Under the pieces are notes generated by a model. That model did no database searches, had not been told where the DNA came from, and saw only the letters and a program-made list of their open reading frames with translations. A program made the translations under genes and the position numbers. A stretch of DNA of 64,000 nt from Moniliella sp. 'wahieum' (taxonomy: Eukaryota): assembly GCA_003971905.1 (NCBI GenBank), contig RSEE01000047.1, positions 372,001-436,000 of the forward strand, written 5' to 3'. Positions 25,801 through 37,582 of the stretch are shown here, one piece after another (the first letter of the stretch is position 1; every line of letters starts with the position of its first letter).

Positions 25801-26423
25801 ATAACCTGTAGTTCATCTTGGCAGTTGGGCCATACGTAGACTAGGTGGGGCTAGGCCCGAGCCTACTAGGGCCATAGCTTAGCGCTAAGGTTTAGCCCTG
25901 TTCACATGATCATACTTAGAGCGTATAGCCTGCCTCGTGCCACTTGTCGTCCGTCACGTTTTCCAAAGATGGGCCAATACCCGCATCAATACCCTTTTCT
26001 GCGTGCTTTGGGCTGAAGCCCCCTAAAATATAGAAGCCCGCCATCCGCGCGTGCACCACGCGCCGAGAAGTGTGTATACTAACAGCGCAGTTCTCCCACA
26101 CAGGCTATATACCACGGTAGGAACTTGCAGGAACTTGCACTTTTGAATGGGAACACTGAAGGAAACTGAAAGTAAGCACACCGTACACCCCCCCCTGGTG
26201 GGAGAGAGAGGATGCTATGCAAATGACACCACCGGACCTCTCCCCAGCCCTCGGGGAGCCTCGGAGCCTCCGCTTCAAATCTGGTAATAAGGACTGGATC
26301 ATGCATATGTCATGCCATCTCTCAATCTTGCACACCGGTTGTGAGTTTGTGCCAGACTTTTTGCTAGGCGGTGTGTCAGGCAGTGAAGAGCTTGGGGAAA
26401 TTGGGGTGTTCCAGTGGTGTCCC

Positions 26424-27600
26424 TTCAAGCTTCAAAAGCTTCAGTGCAAGTGTGAAATAATACCCCCTGCGTGCTCGCGCGCGCTCGCGGCGTTTTCTGC
26501 ATGACGTGTGTGCTAGATGGCGCAAACGTCGCGTGTGTTGAACTTGAAGCTTGAAGCTTGAAGCTTGAAGCTGTGAGAAGTTTCATCGCGTCTCTCGATG
26601 GATGTCCGATGGGCCCGGCGAGGAATGGAGATGGGCATGGGCAAAAGAAAATGTGCAGTGCAGCTTCTTTTGAAGCCGCAGTTCGCAGCAGCGCCGGCTC
26701 GCAGTTGCGTACCATCAGCTCGAGAGTGAGTGACACAAGTGACTAGTGAAGCTAGTGACTAGTGACAGGTCCGCTATTATTAGGCTCTTGGAGGACCATG
26801 TTCCAGTTGTTTAGCTCCCGAGACTGCTGCGTAGTCCGAGGGTCTACTATAGGCGCTATTACCACGATGCCAACTCACCGGTACTTACCCCTCCCCTCCC
26901 CTCCTCCACACTCGCGTCCCTGCCATCCAACGCTATCGCGGCGTTGGATGTTGCAACGGTTCACCGTTCCGCCTCAGCGTCCCCAACGTCTCATCTCCAC
27001 CGCCTCATCTCCACCGTCTTTTGGCCCTTGTTTTCCGCAGCCGCAGCCGCAGACAAGCACAATTGACGATGGAGGCCGATGCACGATGCTTCTCGGGGCG
27101 GCAGCGACGTGGTGACGGATGATCGATGATTAATGATTCACCCCCGTCACCTGGAAGCTTTTTGAAGGTACCAAGGTACTAAGGCTTGAAGCTTGAACAG
27201 CTTTGGACGCGGAGCTGGCGAACGATGGGCGAAGCAGCACAATGGCATGGTGGGCGCTCATCTCGTCTTGGGCAACAATTATGAATCAACGTTCAACGCT
27301 CAACCGTGGGATTAGGAGCTGCGGCGCGACGGGGCGGGGCAGGGAGGCGGTGTGGGGTATGGCACCTTCCCAATCGCACAGCACCCCTTCTCTCGTGGGA
27401 TTGCCACGTACCCTCTGCTACTAGTACAATCCACGCCGTGTAGATTTGTGGTGCCGAAAACGAAAACGGAACCGGCGCGAGCTGCCGTACGGCCGCAGCC
27501 CTGCCTGCCCCCCCTTTCCGTTTGGCAACCCCCGCACTCCACAGCGCCACACCCCCACAGCCGAGAGCTGCGTTGAGCAGCTGCGCGCTGAGCCTGCGCC
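26424..27600. repeat. Right field of period-7 (TGA/TCA + 4-nt palindrome) arrays
   Basis: TGA-AGCT x4 (~26545-26572), TGA-CTAG-TGA (26740, 26756), TGA-TCGA-TGA-TTAA-TGA (27120), TCA-ACGT-TCA (27286). Confidence 0.9.
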
Positions 27601-27826
27601 CTGGGGTAGTCATAGTCATACTCGACGGTTCTTGGCGCCAATACGCAGTGTCCAACGCGTTGTGCCGCGGAGGGCGCTTTGTGCCGCGGAGGGCGCTGGG
27701 TGCTGAGCGCTCGCTGAGGCAGTAGCGCCGACAGCTCAGCCTGGCGCCATCGCAGCACAGCGTCAGTGTCAGGCGCAGTGCTGTGCACCGTCCCCCCTCC
27801 CTCCCCCGGACTTGGCCCCGCGAGTG

Positions 27827-27832
27827 TATAAA
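27827..27832 (+). promoter_or_regulatory. TATA box of microgene B
   Basis: TATAAA followed by a C/T-rich leader. Confidence 0.7.
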
Positions 27833-28041
27833 GGCGCTCCTAGCGCCCCCTCCTTCTCCATTCTCTTTGTCTGTCCCTGGCACGATCCGCCTCTCCTTTG
27901 TTGAGTGCTTTCCCACCGCCGTCCACCCCTGGCTGTCTCCTTCGCTCCCCACTTCGACACACGCGTGCCCTCTGCGCCCCACCCACTCAACCCACATCCC
28001 ATCCCATCCCCCCGAGAACCAGCCCCTCCTGCAGCTCAACC

Positions 28042-28230
28042 ATGTCTGGCGGCGTTCAGCTCCGGTGCCCAAACTGCAACTACAATGTGAGTTACTACTG
28101 GGAGCGGTGCAAGAACTGCGGCTTTTTCCTCGCTTGCCGCCCCGGTGCTCCCGATAACGGTCCCCTTTGGCCCCATCGCCATCTGGATGACCTCTCCTCG
28201 GCCTTGTCACGCGAGACGAAGCATTGCTGA
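28042..28230 (+). CDS. Zinc-finger microprotein B (62 aa; CX2CX10CX2C)
   Basis: Intact ORF MSGGVQLRCPNCNYNVSYYWERCKNCGFFLACRPG...RETKHC*; TATAAA upstream; TCCTGCAG acceptor followed by CTCAACC-ATG. Confidence 0.8.
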   Translation: MSGGVQLRCPNCNYNVSYYWERCKNCGFFLACRPGAPDNGPLWPHRHLDDLSSALSRETKHC

Positions 28231-28833
28231 ACAAGCCCCCTCGCACGCCCCCCCCTTCCGCCCTCGATCCACATCCTCTCAACTTCCTGCATTCACCCAA
28301 GGCTGGACCTTGAATCAAGACATTAGGATGGCTTGCTATCCAACCTTGTTCCTCCTGATCGATGATCCCTCTCCAGGCAACCCTTCCATCCGCACTCGCC
28401 ACGCTGCCCCACCGCGTGCGCTTACGCATTCGCCCCTCGGGGCACCAGTCTTCCCGCCATTTTCTTCCCACTCTCTCCCCTTTCCCAGCTCCTCTTTTTC
28501 TATATCCCTGTGTGCACCACAGGGTCATACCATATTGGCATTGGCGTTAGTGCTGTTCCTCAGGCGTGGCCTTCTCCCTCCCCTCCTCCTGATCGTTGTT
28601 CCGTCTTCCCTCGCATCTGCATTGGTGTCTGCACACCCCACTGTACCTATGTATCACCATGGCACCTTGCCTCTGCAGCAGGCTTCATCTGGAGCTCCCG
28701 CAGAAATGATTGTATTCGTGCCGGTCATGCGTGCCATCAAAACAAACCTTCCTTCTGCTCTGCAGGGGGAGGGGAAGGGCGTAGAAGGATAATACAGTAG
28801 CAAGATGAGGAATATGGATGCGAACGGTGCGGA

Positions 28834-29859
28834 TCACAGTGCTGTGCCGTCCGGTTGGGAGGCCGGGGTGAAGGCAGAGATGGGGTAGGTATCTCCTTGC
28901 CAATGCAGATGGGCTGCGACAGCAGATGGACCGTCTTCTGGTTCTTCTACCAACTCCAACCGGTCTGCTAGGTGGCGCAGGACGAGCGAGTCGGACAAGG
29001 CGCAGACAGGCATGCCGGCGCGCAAGAGCGGCCGTGGGGACGGGTGGTAGATCCGTCCGGTTTCAGGATGGAGGGTCAAACGCGCCGGCTCAAACGGCTC
29101 CAATCGTCGGCCCCCAAAAGCGACAAGTCACTGGGCGTTTTCGGGCAGGGAACCAGGTCGCGGTACACGACCGCCGTCCCGTCCGGCTCAGTGGGACGGA
29201 CAAAGTTCAGCTCGCCCATGCAGGGGCTCAGGTACCTGTACCCGGCACGCTGGGCTATCTGCGCCGCACGTTGTTCCACCTCGGCCTTGGTCGCACTAGG
29301 CGAGCTGTGCGATAGCAGCTGCTCGGGCCAGTCGTGTCGGTCCCATGCCGGGACGCCATCCTGGCCCAGTTCCTCGTCCGCACAACCCAGCGTTTCGACC
29401 AGTTCCGACAGAGGTGCCGCCCGGTACGGGTTGGGCCTGATGCGGACAAGAAAAAATCAAGAAAGGCTAGGTCCTTGTAGCACGTCTGCCAACAGGGGCT
29501 ACGTCAGCGAGAAGTAACAGCAAAGGGGCTGTGCCCAGGCAAGAACACATAGCAAGCGGGGTGAAGACGAAGCGCGAGCTGGTTACCTTACCGCCATGTT
29601 CTTGACCGGCGTGTCGTGCAGAAAAAGTTGGCCGTGCGCATCGACGGCATAGCGATAGATGCGCACTGGCTCTCCTTGCCGCCCGGCGCCCGAAAGGGGC
29701 ACGGCCGCGGCGGGGTACGGGGGGAGAGGCCGAGGCGGACGCGGTGGAGGACACCATGCGCCCCGCACACGTGGCGAGGCGAGACCAGGAACGGGCGGCG
29801 CAGAGAGGTGGCCGTGCACCGCCAGCAGCGTGCCCACCGCAGAGCGCAGCCCAGCCCAT
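28834..29859 (-). CDS. UPF0598/C8orf82-like (DUF4505) protein
   Basis: [70 protein letters not shown]; intron(s) ~29480-29590; start approximate. Confidence 0.85.
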
Positions 29860-30109
29860 CGTCGCCACTGGCGGTGGTGTGTGCGGCGGCCAACGCAGGC
29901 CGCGACGCAGACGGCCGCCGAGCACGAGAAGCGGCGCCGCATCACGTGATGCCCCATTGGCGGCGGTGAGTCATGCATCCTGGAAGCCACCGACTGCTCG
30001 GCGACGTCGAGGGCGGAAGAATTTTGCTGGCCACCACCACCTCCACCACCTCCACCACCTCCACCACCGCCTCTCCTCCTCTCCGTCGACGCGGCTGCTG
30101 CGTCGGTTG

Positions 30110-32767
30110 ATGAGCCACGGGTTCTTCTTCTTCTCCCGCTCGCCCTCCACCTCCCTTCCCCGCCGCTTGCTCAGCACCTTCGCCACAGCCATGAGTGCTG
30201 CCCAGCCGCCCTGGCTGCGCCCGCACGCGCCCGCGCCGGTGCCCGTGCCGCTGCGTATGCAGAACAGCCTGACGCGCTCCAAGGACGTCTTTGTCCCCGT
30301 CCGCCCTGATGGCGTCGTGACGTGGTACAATTGCGGGCCGACGGTGTACGATGCGTCGCACATGGGCCATGCACGCAACTATGTGACCCAGGACATTATC
30401 CGCTCCGCATCCTCCGTGACTATTTTGGCTTTGATGTGCACTTTGCCATGAACATCACTGACATTGACGACAAGATCATCCTGCGTGCCCGCCAACAGTT
30501 CCTCCTCACGGAAAACCGTACCGCCCAGCCGACGCTTTCCCCGGCCCTGCTGGACCAGGTCCAGCGCGCGACCGATGCCTACACGCTCACCCACCTTGCC
30601 GCCTGGACCACACCGCCGCCGCACGAGTCGACACTCGATCCCGAAGCCATCTTCGAAGCCGTCCGTACCGCCCATGCCGCCCACGAGCAGAGCCCAGGCC
30701 AAACGCCCCTGACCAAGCCGGACGGCACCCCAGCCAACGCCGAGAGCAGCGCCAAGCTCAAGATGCACCTGACCGCTGTCCAGTCGGCGCGCGATGGCTT
30801 GTTGGCAGCCAAGCTGGCGCCAGCAGGGAGGATGCCAGTGCGCTGCACACGGCGGCGGGGGATGTGTTGGCGCCGTACTTGGATGCGGCCAAGGGGGCAA
30901 GCGTGACGGATCCTGCGATTTTCCGCGCCTTGGCTGCCCGGTGGGAAGCGGCATTTTTCCACGACATGGCGCGGCTCAATGTGGAGCGTCCGACGACCCT
31001 GACCCGGGTCAGCGAGTACGTGCCGGAAATCGTGTCGTTTGTGGAGCGGATTGTAGAGCGCGGGTTTGGCTATGCCGACGCAGCGGGCAATGTGTGGTTT
31101 GATGTGCGTGCGTTTGATGGGGCGGCGGTGGACCCCGTGGCGCAGGCGCAGGTCGAAGGCCAAGCGCAAGGCGCATCGTGCCAACACACACAGTGCACCG
31201 CGTTGCACCACGTGTACGCCAAGTTGGCTCCGGCGAGCAAGACGGATTCGGCGCTGCTTGCCGAGGGCGAGGCAGTCTGTCGGTGGGCGCGGCGCAGACC
31301 CGGGGCAAGAAGAGTGCAGCTGACTTTGCGCTGTGGAAGAGCAGCAAGCCCGGCGAACCGGCGTGGCCGTCGCCCTGGGGTCCTGGCCGGCCAGGATGGC
31401 ACATTGAGTGCAGTGTCATGGCCAGTGCGGTGTTTGGTGCGAAAATTGACATTCATTCCGGTGGGGAAGACCTCAAGTTCCCGCACCACGACAATGAGCT
31501 GGCGCAAAGCGAGGCGTACCACGGCACGTACCAGTGGATCAACTATTTCCTCCACACGGGCCACCTGCACATCGAAGGCGCCAAGATGTCCAAGTCGCTC
31601 AAGAACTTTATCTCGGTCGACGATGCCTTGGCCCAGTACAGCCCTCGCCAATTGCGTCTCGCGTTCCTCTTCCAGCCGTGGGACCGCAGGATGGACTTTA
31701 GTGCCAAGGCGATTGATGAGGTGCGCCGGTTCGAGGCCGCGACCGATAACTTGTTCCGTACTGTGCGCGCGCGTGTCTTGGCAGCGCAGCAGGCGGCCGG
31801 GTCGGACGCCACAGCGCAGGCCCAAGCGCTCGACCCTCCCCTCCCCACCAGCGGGAGAGCATCACACATGGCTACACACACCGCGAAAGTAGCTTGGCAG
31901 CCGCACTGGGTCGCACCCAGCATGCCGTGCGCCTCGCGTTGGCGGACAACTTTGATACGCCACTCGCGCTGCGTTTGGTCCGCGACTTGATTGGCGAGAC
32001 CAACGTGTACCTCGACAGTGGCAGCAAGCCCAACCTGCCCGTGGGGGTGCACGTGCACATGCCCACGCTGCTGTCGGTCGTGCACTGGATGACCCATCTC
32101 TTCTCCATCTTGGGCCTCACCTACCCGTCCCCCACCGAGACGTTTGGCTGGGGCGTTGCGACGGCACCGACGCGCGCCGACGGCGCGACGAGCGGAAACG
32201 ACTCGGCCTCCGCCTCTGCATCCACATCAACGGTCGATAAAGAACAGCTGGTCGCGCCGTACGTGACGCTGCTGTCGCAGTTCCGGGACGAGGTGCGTGC
32301 GCTGGCGCGCACGACGGAGCCAGCCGCCTTGCCAAAGCAACTGCTGGCGCTGTGCGACCGGGTACGAGACGATGGCCGTCTGGACGAGCTGGGGGTGACG
32401 TTGGAGGACAGCACGACGGGTCCGGCGTTGGTCAAGTTTGTGCCGCCGGCCGAGCTGGGCGGCGCGCGTGGCGCGCGAGCAGGCGGCGCAGGACAAAGTC
32501 GCGCGGAAACAGGCTGCGCAACAGGCCGCGCGAGCCAAACAGTTGGCTCTCTGGCAAAAAGGTCGTACGCCCCCAGCTGACTTGTTCCGCTCCGCCCCCG
32601 ATGCCAGCACCAAGTATGCCACGTACGACGACCAGGGCATCCCGCTCACCGATGCCCAGGGCGAAGCCTTGTCCAAGTCGCGCCGCAAGGCGCTCGATAA
32701 AGAGTTCAAGGCCCAGGTCCGGCTCCACCAAAGTTTCCTCGAGGCGCAGAAGGCCGGCGAGATCTAA
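30110..32767 (+). CDS. CRS1: Cysteinyl-tRNA synthetase, probably dual cytosolic/mitochondrial
   Basis: [71 protein letters not shown]; second ATG at 30191; several frameshifts. Confidence 0.97.
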
Positions 32768-32951
32768 GCCACTACGGGGGTTTGGGTCCACGGCGGATGT
32801 GGATGGAAGGGGGGGGGAGTTTCCGATCCATATCCATCTATACATACACATGCAAGCAACATGCAACCGATCCCGCGGCCATGCCGAGGGCGCACCGCGC
32901 CATAGAAAGCCAAAGGAGCAGGGCAGGGCAGGGGAGCCGCGTGGGGTAGTT

Positions 32952-35900
32952 TTAGCTGGGGATGCTGGTGTGGTAAAACCGCTTGGCCTCGTCCAGCCGC
33001 GCGGCCTGGACCACGGCCCACTCTTGGCGCAAGCGCGGCAGCAGCCGAGCCAGCTTGCCCGGCTCGATGCGCTGCACGCGCACATCAAACTGGCTCGACA
33101 CGGGGCGGTGGTCCGAGATGCTAGTGGGCCAGAGCGGTAGCTATGGCCCTGCACCGACTGCGGTTGCGGCCGCAACGCCGGCTCGCGAGCAGGAACGGGC
33201 GCCAAGGTCGCACCTAGCACCTGCCCCACCAGCTCGTCATCTGCCGCGTCCTGCTCGCGCACGCACTTGGACGGAAACGTCGCCCCAGCATCGCACCACA
33301 GGATCCGATCGCACCACGCCGGCACACGTTGCTTGCTCGACGTGTCGTACTCGCACGACAGGTGGTTGTACTTGTACGTCGGCGCAAACCCGATGGGCGC
33401 TTCGACAAACCCGCGCAGCGCAAAACTCGCATTGCTACAAGTTTGGCTGCTCAACTGGTCCACATCATGAAGTGCGGCGAGATTGCCTGTGTGCAGGTAC
33501 CCCAGCGCCTCGTCCCGCGTAAGGTCGATCCGATCTACCACACGCGATCCCTCGATGTTAGCGCTACATTTGTCGTTCACCACGGGCGAAAGCGTAAAGA
33601 GCAAAGAAAAGGGACAAGGGACAAGGGGAAGGGGGAAGAGGGAAGGGGGAAAGGGCAAGGCACACAGTTCAGATCGCCGCTCCAAAAGACAATGTCGTGA
33701 TCCAAGATTTGCTCGCCGTCGCCGCCGCGGGTAAAGGCGAGGGTGTGACGGAGGGCCGGGGGGATGGGTCCGGGGGCAGTGTGAGGTCCGGGCGGGAGCG
33801 TGCTGGCGGCTGCAGCACTTTGGGGGAGTTTGGGTGCGGTGAGAATGGTAGCGGCGTCCATGTTGCGCGCTTGGACGTGGCGTTGGCCAGCGGCCAAATG
33901 ACAATTGACAAAGCACAAGCTAGTATCGTCGAGCACGACGCGCGCTGCCACCGCGCCCTTGTTGCCGTACCGACCTCCAAAGCCCGTCTTGACAGTGCCC
34001 ACTGCCGCTTCGGACAACGTGCCGGCCCGAATCTCTTGCACCGAGATAAACACGCACGTCATCAGGCCCACTAGCAACTCGGACTGCACCAGCTCGTACT
34101 TGCCCTGCCCAAACGTGTCGGCGACAGCGGCGATGAGCGCGGTGCGCCAGGCAGCATATTGGTGCGAGATGCGGTCGCCCACGTCGTTGCCCACGGGTTT
34201 CTTGGTCGTCGACTTCTTGCCCAACAAGACTTTTCGCTGTCAACCGCTTGTCTTCCAGATCAATCAGTTCCTGCAACCCAAACACAATCACCTCGGGGCC
34301 AACCGGCTTGATTGACTCCGTGGCACGCGTCGTCATCGTTACCGGCGGCGCGTGGCCAGCACTTCGAAGAAGGTCCTGTAGAAATTCGCGGTTCTCCGGT
34401 TCGCCCTTGGGACGTTGGAGAAGCAGTGGATCGGCCGCATCGACATTGTACGTCACATGGAGCGTGCGGATGGTGCGCGAGCTAGCCACGTGCGGCAAGG
34501 AGCGGCCAATGCGACGCTCAAACCAATCGTGCGTCAACAGCCCATCCCACACCCTCACCGCCCCGTCCATCCCGCCGCTCACGACCTGCAGCCGACCCAG
34601 CGCAATGGCATCGGGGTCCGTTACGAGTCGTGTAACGGGGTTGCCGCCATGCGCCACCCAGGATTTGACCACCACCAACCGACATGCCGGCGTGCGCTCT
34701 TTCTGCTCCGCCAGGCCAAACACCAAGATCTTGCCCCCCTTTGTCCCGGCCCAGAGGTACCGTCCGGCAGCCGTCATGCACAGGATCGCATCCAACGCGT
34801 TCTGGTGCACCGCCACACACTGGTACGACGTGCGGGACCATTCGGAGATCTGACGGTGGGCCAGTTAGTAGGGTCCAGTCAGTAGGGTGTCTCATGGAAA
34901 ACTAGGGATAAAGGACCTGCAGGAGACAGGAGACAAGAGAAAAAAGGGCCAAGGGAGAGGCGAACTTACATGGCCTGTCGTGTGCGAGATGAAGACGGTG
35001 GCAGGGGAGCAGGGCACCGTGGCTGCCGCCGTGGCTGGGCCGATCATCACCCCGCCACGACAGAAGGCAAGCGGGGAGGTGCTGGCAGCGCCTTGGCCGG
35101 ATCGTCATCGGTACTGGCAAGGGCGTCAAGATCTGCAGGCGAATGTCGTGCAGGTTGGGGGTATTGGGGGTAAAGGCAGGCGTGTGGTCTTCCGCGCCAT
35201 GAAATGCCAGGTCGGCCGCACGGCGCAAACTTTTACGGATTGAGCGGTGGAGGAATGTTTGTGGCGGTGACCCGATCCTTGCGCCGTACTGCCAGGCTCC
35301 GACGCATGGTATGCGCCCAACGTCGCCCCCCCGTTGCCACCCACAACTGATTGCCCACCAACAGCGGCACAACATGTTTCCCCTCGACGGGGAACTCCTG
35401 GATGACAGGGGTGGTGATGAGCATGCGGGTGGAAGGGGTCCGATCGAAACTCTTCTCGGCAGACGGCTTGTCCGTCAGTCCGCCAGAGGGGCGGGAGGAT
35501 GGGAGGCTGGCTACCTCCTCCTTATCCTGCGTCTGCTCGGTGCTACCCCGGGCAGACGCCGTTTTGTCTCCCAATCCCAACGAAGAGCGCGGTGGGGCAC
35601 TGGCCGAATTGTCTCCGCTGGCCCGCCCCGGCGACCAGATGGACATTTTGCCTCCCTCGTCCACAACCAGGATGCGATCGCCCAAGCGGGAGATGCGGAC
35701 AATCGCCACATTGTGCACGCCACGGTTGAGCGCCGTACGCACCTCCTTGACCACATCCAGCTCCCACAGCATCCCGCTCGTCGTGCCCACCCATGCATGC
35801 CGAGCACTTTCCTCCGTCCCCGTGGGCCGTAGGAAGCACAGCGCCGTCACACGACCCTGCAGCGCAAGGTCCGGGTCTTGGATCGTAGCTACCTTCTCGG

Positions 35901-37224
35901 GCGCGCTGGCAAGACTGGCTGTACTGCCAGCCGCGCTGGTGGGGGTACTGGCCAACCGAGTGGGCTCGCTCAGCCCGGCCACTTCGGCGCGCACCGTGCC
36001 AGCACGCAAGATTTTGACTTTATGGTTGTGGGCCGTGAGCACCGTCGGACCCGACACGGCAAACACGGAAAAGTGTGCATGCACCACCAGCGAACTGGCA
36101 CTGCCCACCACCTCATCCTCCCCGGTATCCTCTGCCTCCGCCTCGCCCGGAACGACGGAACGGAAGGGGACAGGTTTGCGCGGCACCCAGGTAATCGTGT
36201 TTTCCTGGCCGGGCATGCCGCCCGTGTCGTACTCGGGTGGACGGCGGGAGGAAGCGACGCCGCCCGCTGGGCCATGCAGCACCACATCCCCCACCTCCCT
36301 CTCACCATCATGGCCGTGGTGGTGGTCACCGTCGACGAGACGGTGCTCGATATGCGCCTGGTACGCTGACCAGCGCACCGTCGGACCGTCCGTGTCCATG
36401 TCTGACTCGGAGTCGGACGAGTCCAGGTCCGAGTACGCCAAGCCTTCGCTCGTGTAGCTTCCCTCCTCTTCCAGCAGCCCTGACGACGCGGGGAGCGGGC
36501 TGTGCTGGCGGGGGTGCCAATGCGGGGTGTGGGCGGCAACGTGCTCCGGGACCGAAGGTGGGAGGTGGAGTCGGTGGAGGAAGGGTGGATCGGGGTCAAG
36601 GTCGGGACACTCCGACTGGGTGAAGAAGGGGCGGTGTGCACCCCGGCCGACGGAGTGGGGCGGGACAGAGAGGTGGTGAGCGAGGGCAAGGAAGGCGTCG
36701 TCAGGTGCGTCTGCTTGTTCGTGCGCCCTTGGCGGCAGTGGGCGCGGTGCCTCCCCCACCGCACCGCTCTTGTGCGTGGGCGATGCGCCGCGGGACAAGG
36801 TGGTGTGGGTGGTGGTGGGCGGTGCGAGGGGGCGACATTTGGGACGGAGACGAAGAGGGTGCTGGGGGATGAGTGGGGGTGGCGGGGGAGGAGGGGGGCA
36901 AGGGGCGGGTGCGGGGTGGGACGAGGCGATGCGGGTGCGGATGCGGATGGTGAGGTTGATGGTGAGGATGAGGATGAGGATGAGGTTGATGGAGGAGGCA
37001 CTGGGCGGCGGAGACCCGAGGCGGGCGGGTGGGTGCGTGCGCAATCAAAGCCCGCTCAGGGGCATGTGCGGCGCGGCACTGGGCCTCCCACCGGCGCTGG
37101 TGGAAGTGGGCGTCGTGTGCGTCGGCTGGCTGCTCGGCCGGCGTGGTGGAGCGGCGGGGCGTTTGCTGCGGGAGGCGCAGGGGCTTTCCTCCCGGCTGAG
37201 CTGCCACAGCGTGGGCGGGGGCAT
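32952..37224 (-). CDS. Inositol polyphosphate 5-phosphatase with N-terminal Pro-rich and WD40-like region
   Basis: [70 protein letters not shown]-like [13 protein letters not shown]; introns near 33560-33660 and 34870-34970; start approximate. Confidence 0.9.
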
Positions 37225-37293
37225 CCCACTGATGGTAATCCGTGGGAAGCAATCGACGGACACGATCCAAGTGTCGGACAAGCGACGCCCAAG

Positions 37294-37340
37294 CGATGGC
37301 AACCGATGGCAACCGATGGACAACCAAAGGCAACCGATGG
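37294..37340. repeat. Imperfect 10-nt tandem repeat (CGATGGCAAC, ~4.5 copies) in the divergent promoter
   Basis: cgatggcaac cgatggcaac cgatggacaac caaaggcaac cgatgg. Confidence 0.85.
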
Positions 37341-37582
37341 GCAAGCTCTGACCAACCGACGGTCTGGATGGCCCCTCGACAGAAATATACAAACTCAAGC
37401 AGGTGTTGGTCACCCCCCCATCCGCCCCTGTGACGTCATCCCTACTTCCACTCCAATGTCAAAATTCAAAGTTCAAATCGCACAGGTGATGCTGGTGGCA
37501 CGTGACTCATCCTCGGTCGGAATCAACTCCCACCTGCTCCATTCCGCCGGCTGGATTCTGCCTCCCCCCCTCCATCCCCCCC

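Noticed and set aside
15985..27600. Heptamer arrays as a CRISPR array or synthetic polylinker (they contain HindIII, SpeI, MluI, ClaI, NsiI and ScaI sites)
   Set aside because: No 23-50 nt repeats with unique spacers, no cas genes and no vector sequence; the arrays are dispersed and degenerate in native fungal DNA.
28145..28792. 215-aa ORF downstream of microgene B
   Set aside because: Pro/Ser/Leu/Phe bias matches a C/T-rich 3' UTR; no recognisable domain.
14340..28830. Mating-type locus (pheromone, receptor or homeodomain genes)
   Set aside because: I found no convincing short CAAX-ending precursor, STE3-like receptor or WFxNxR homeodomain motif.
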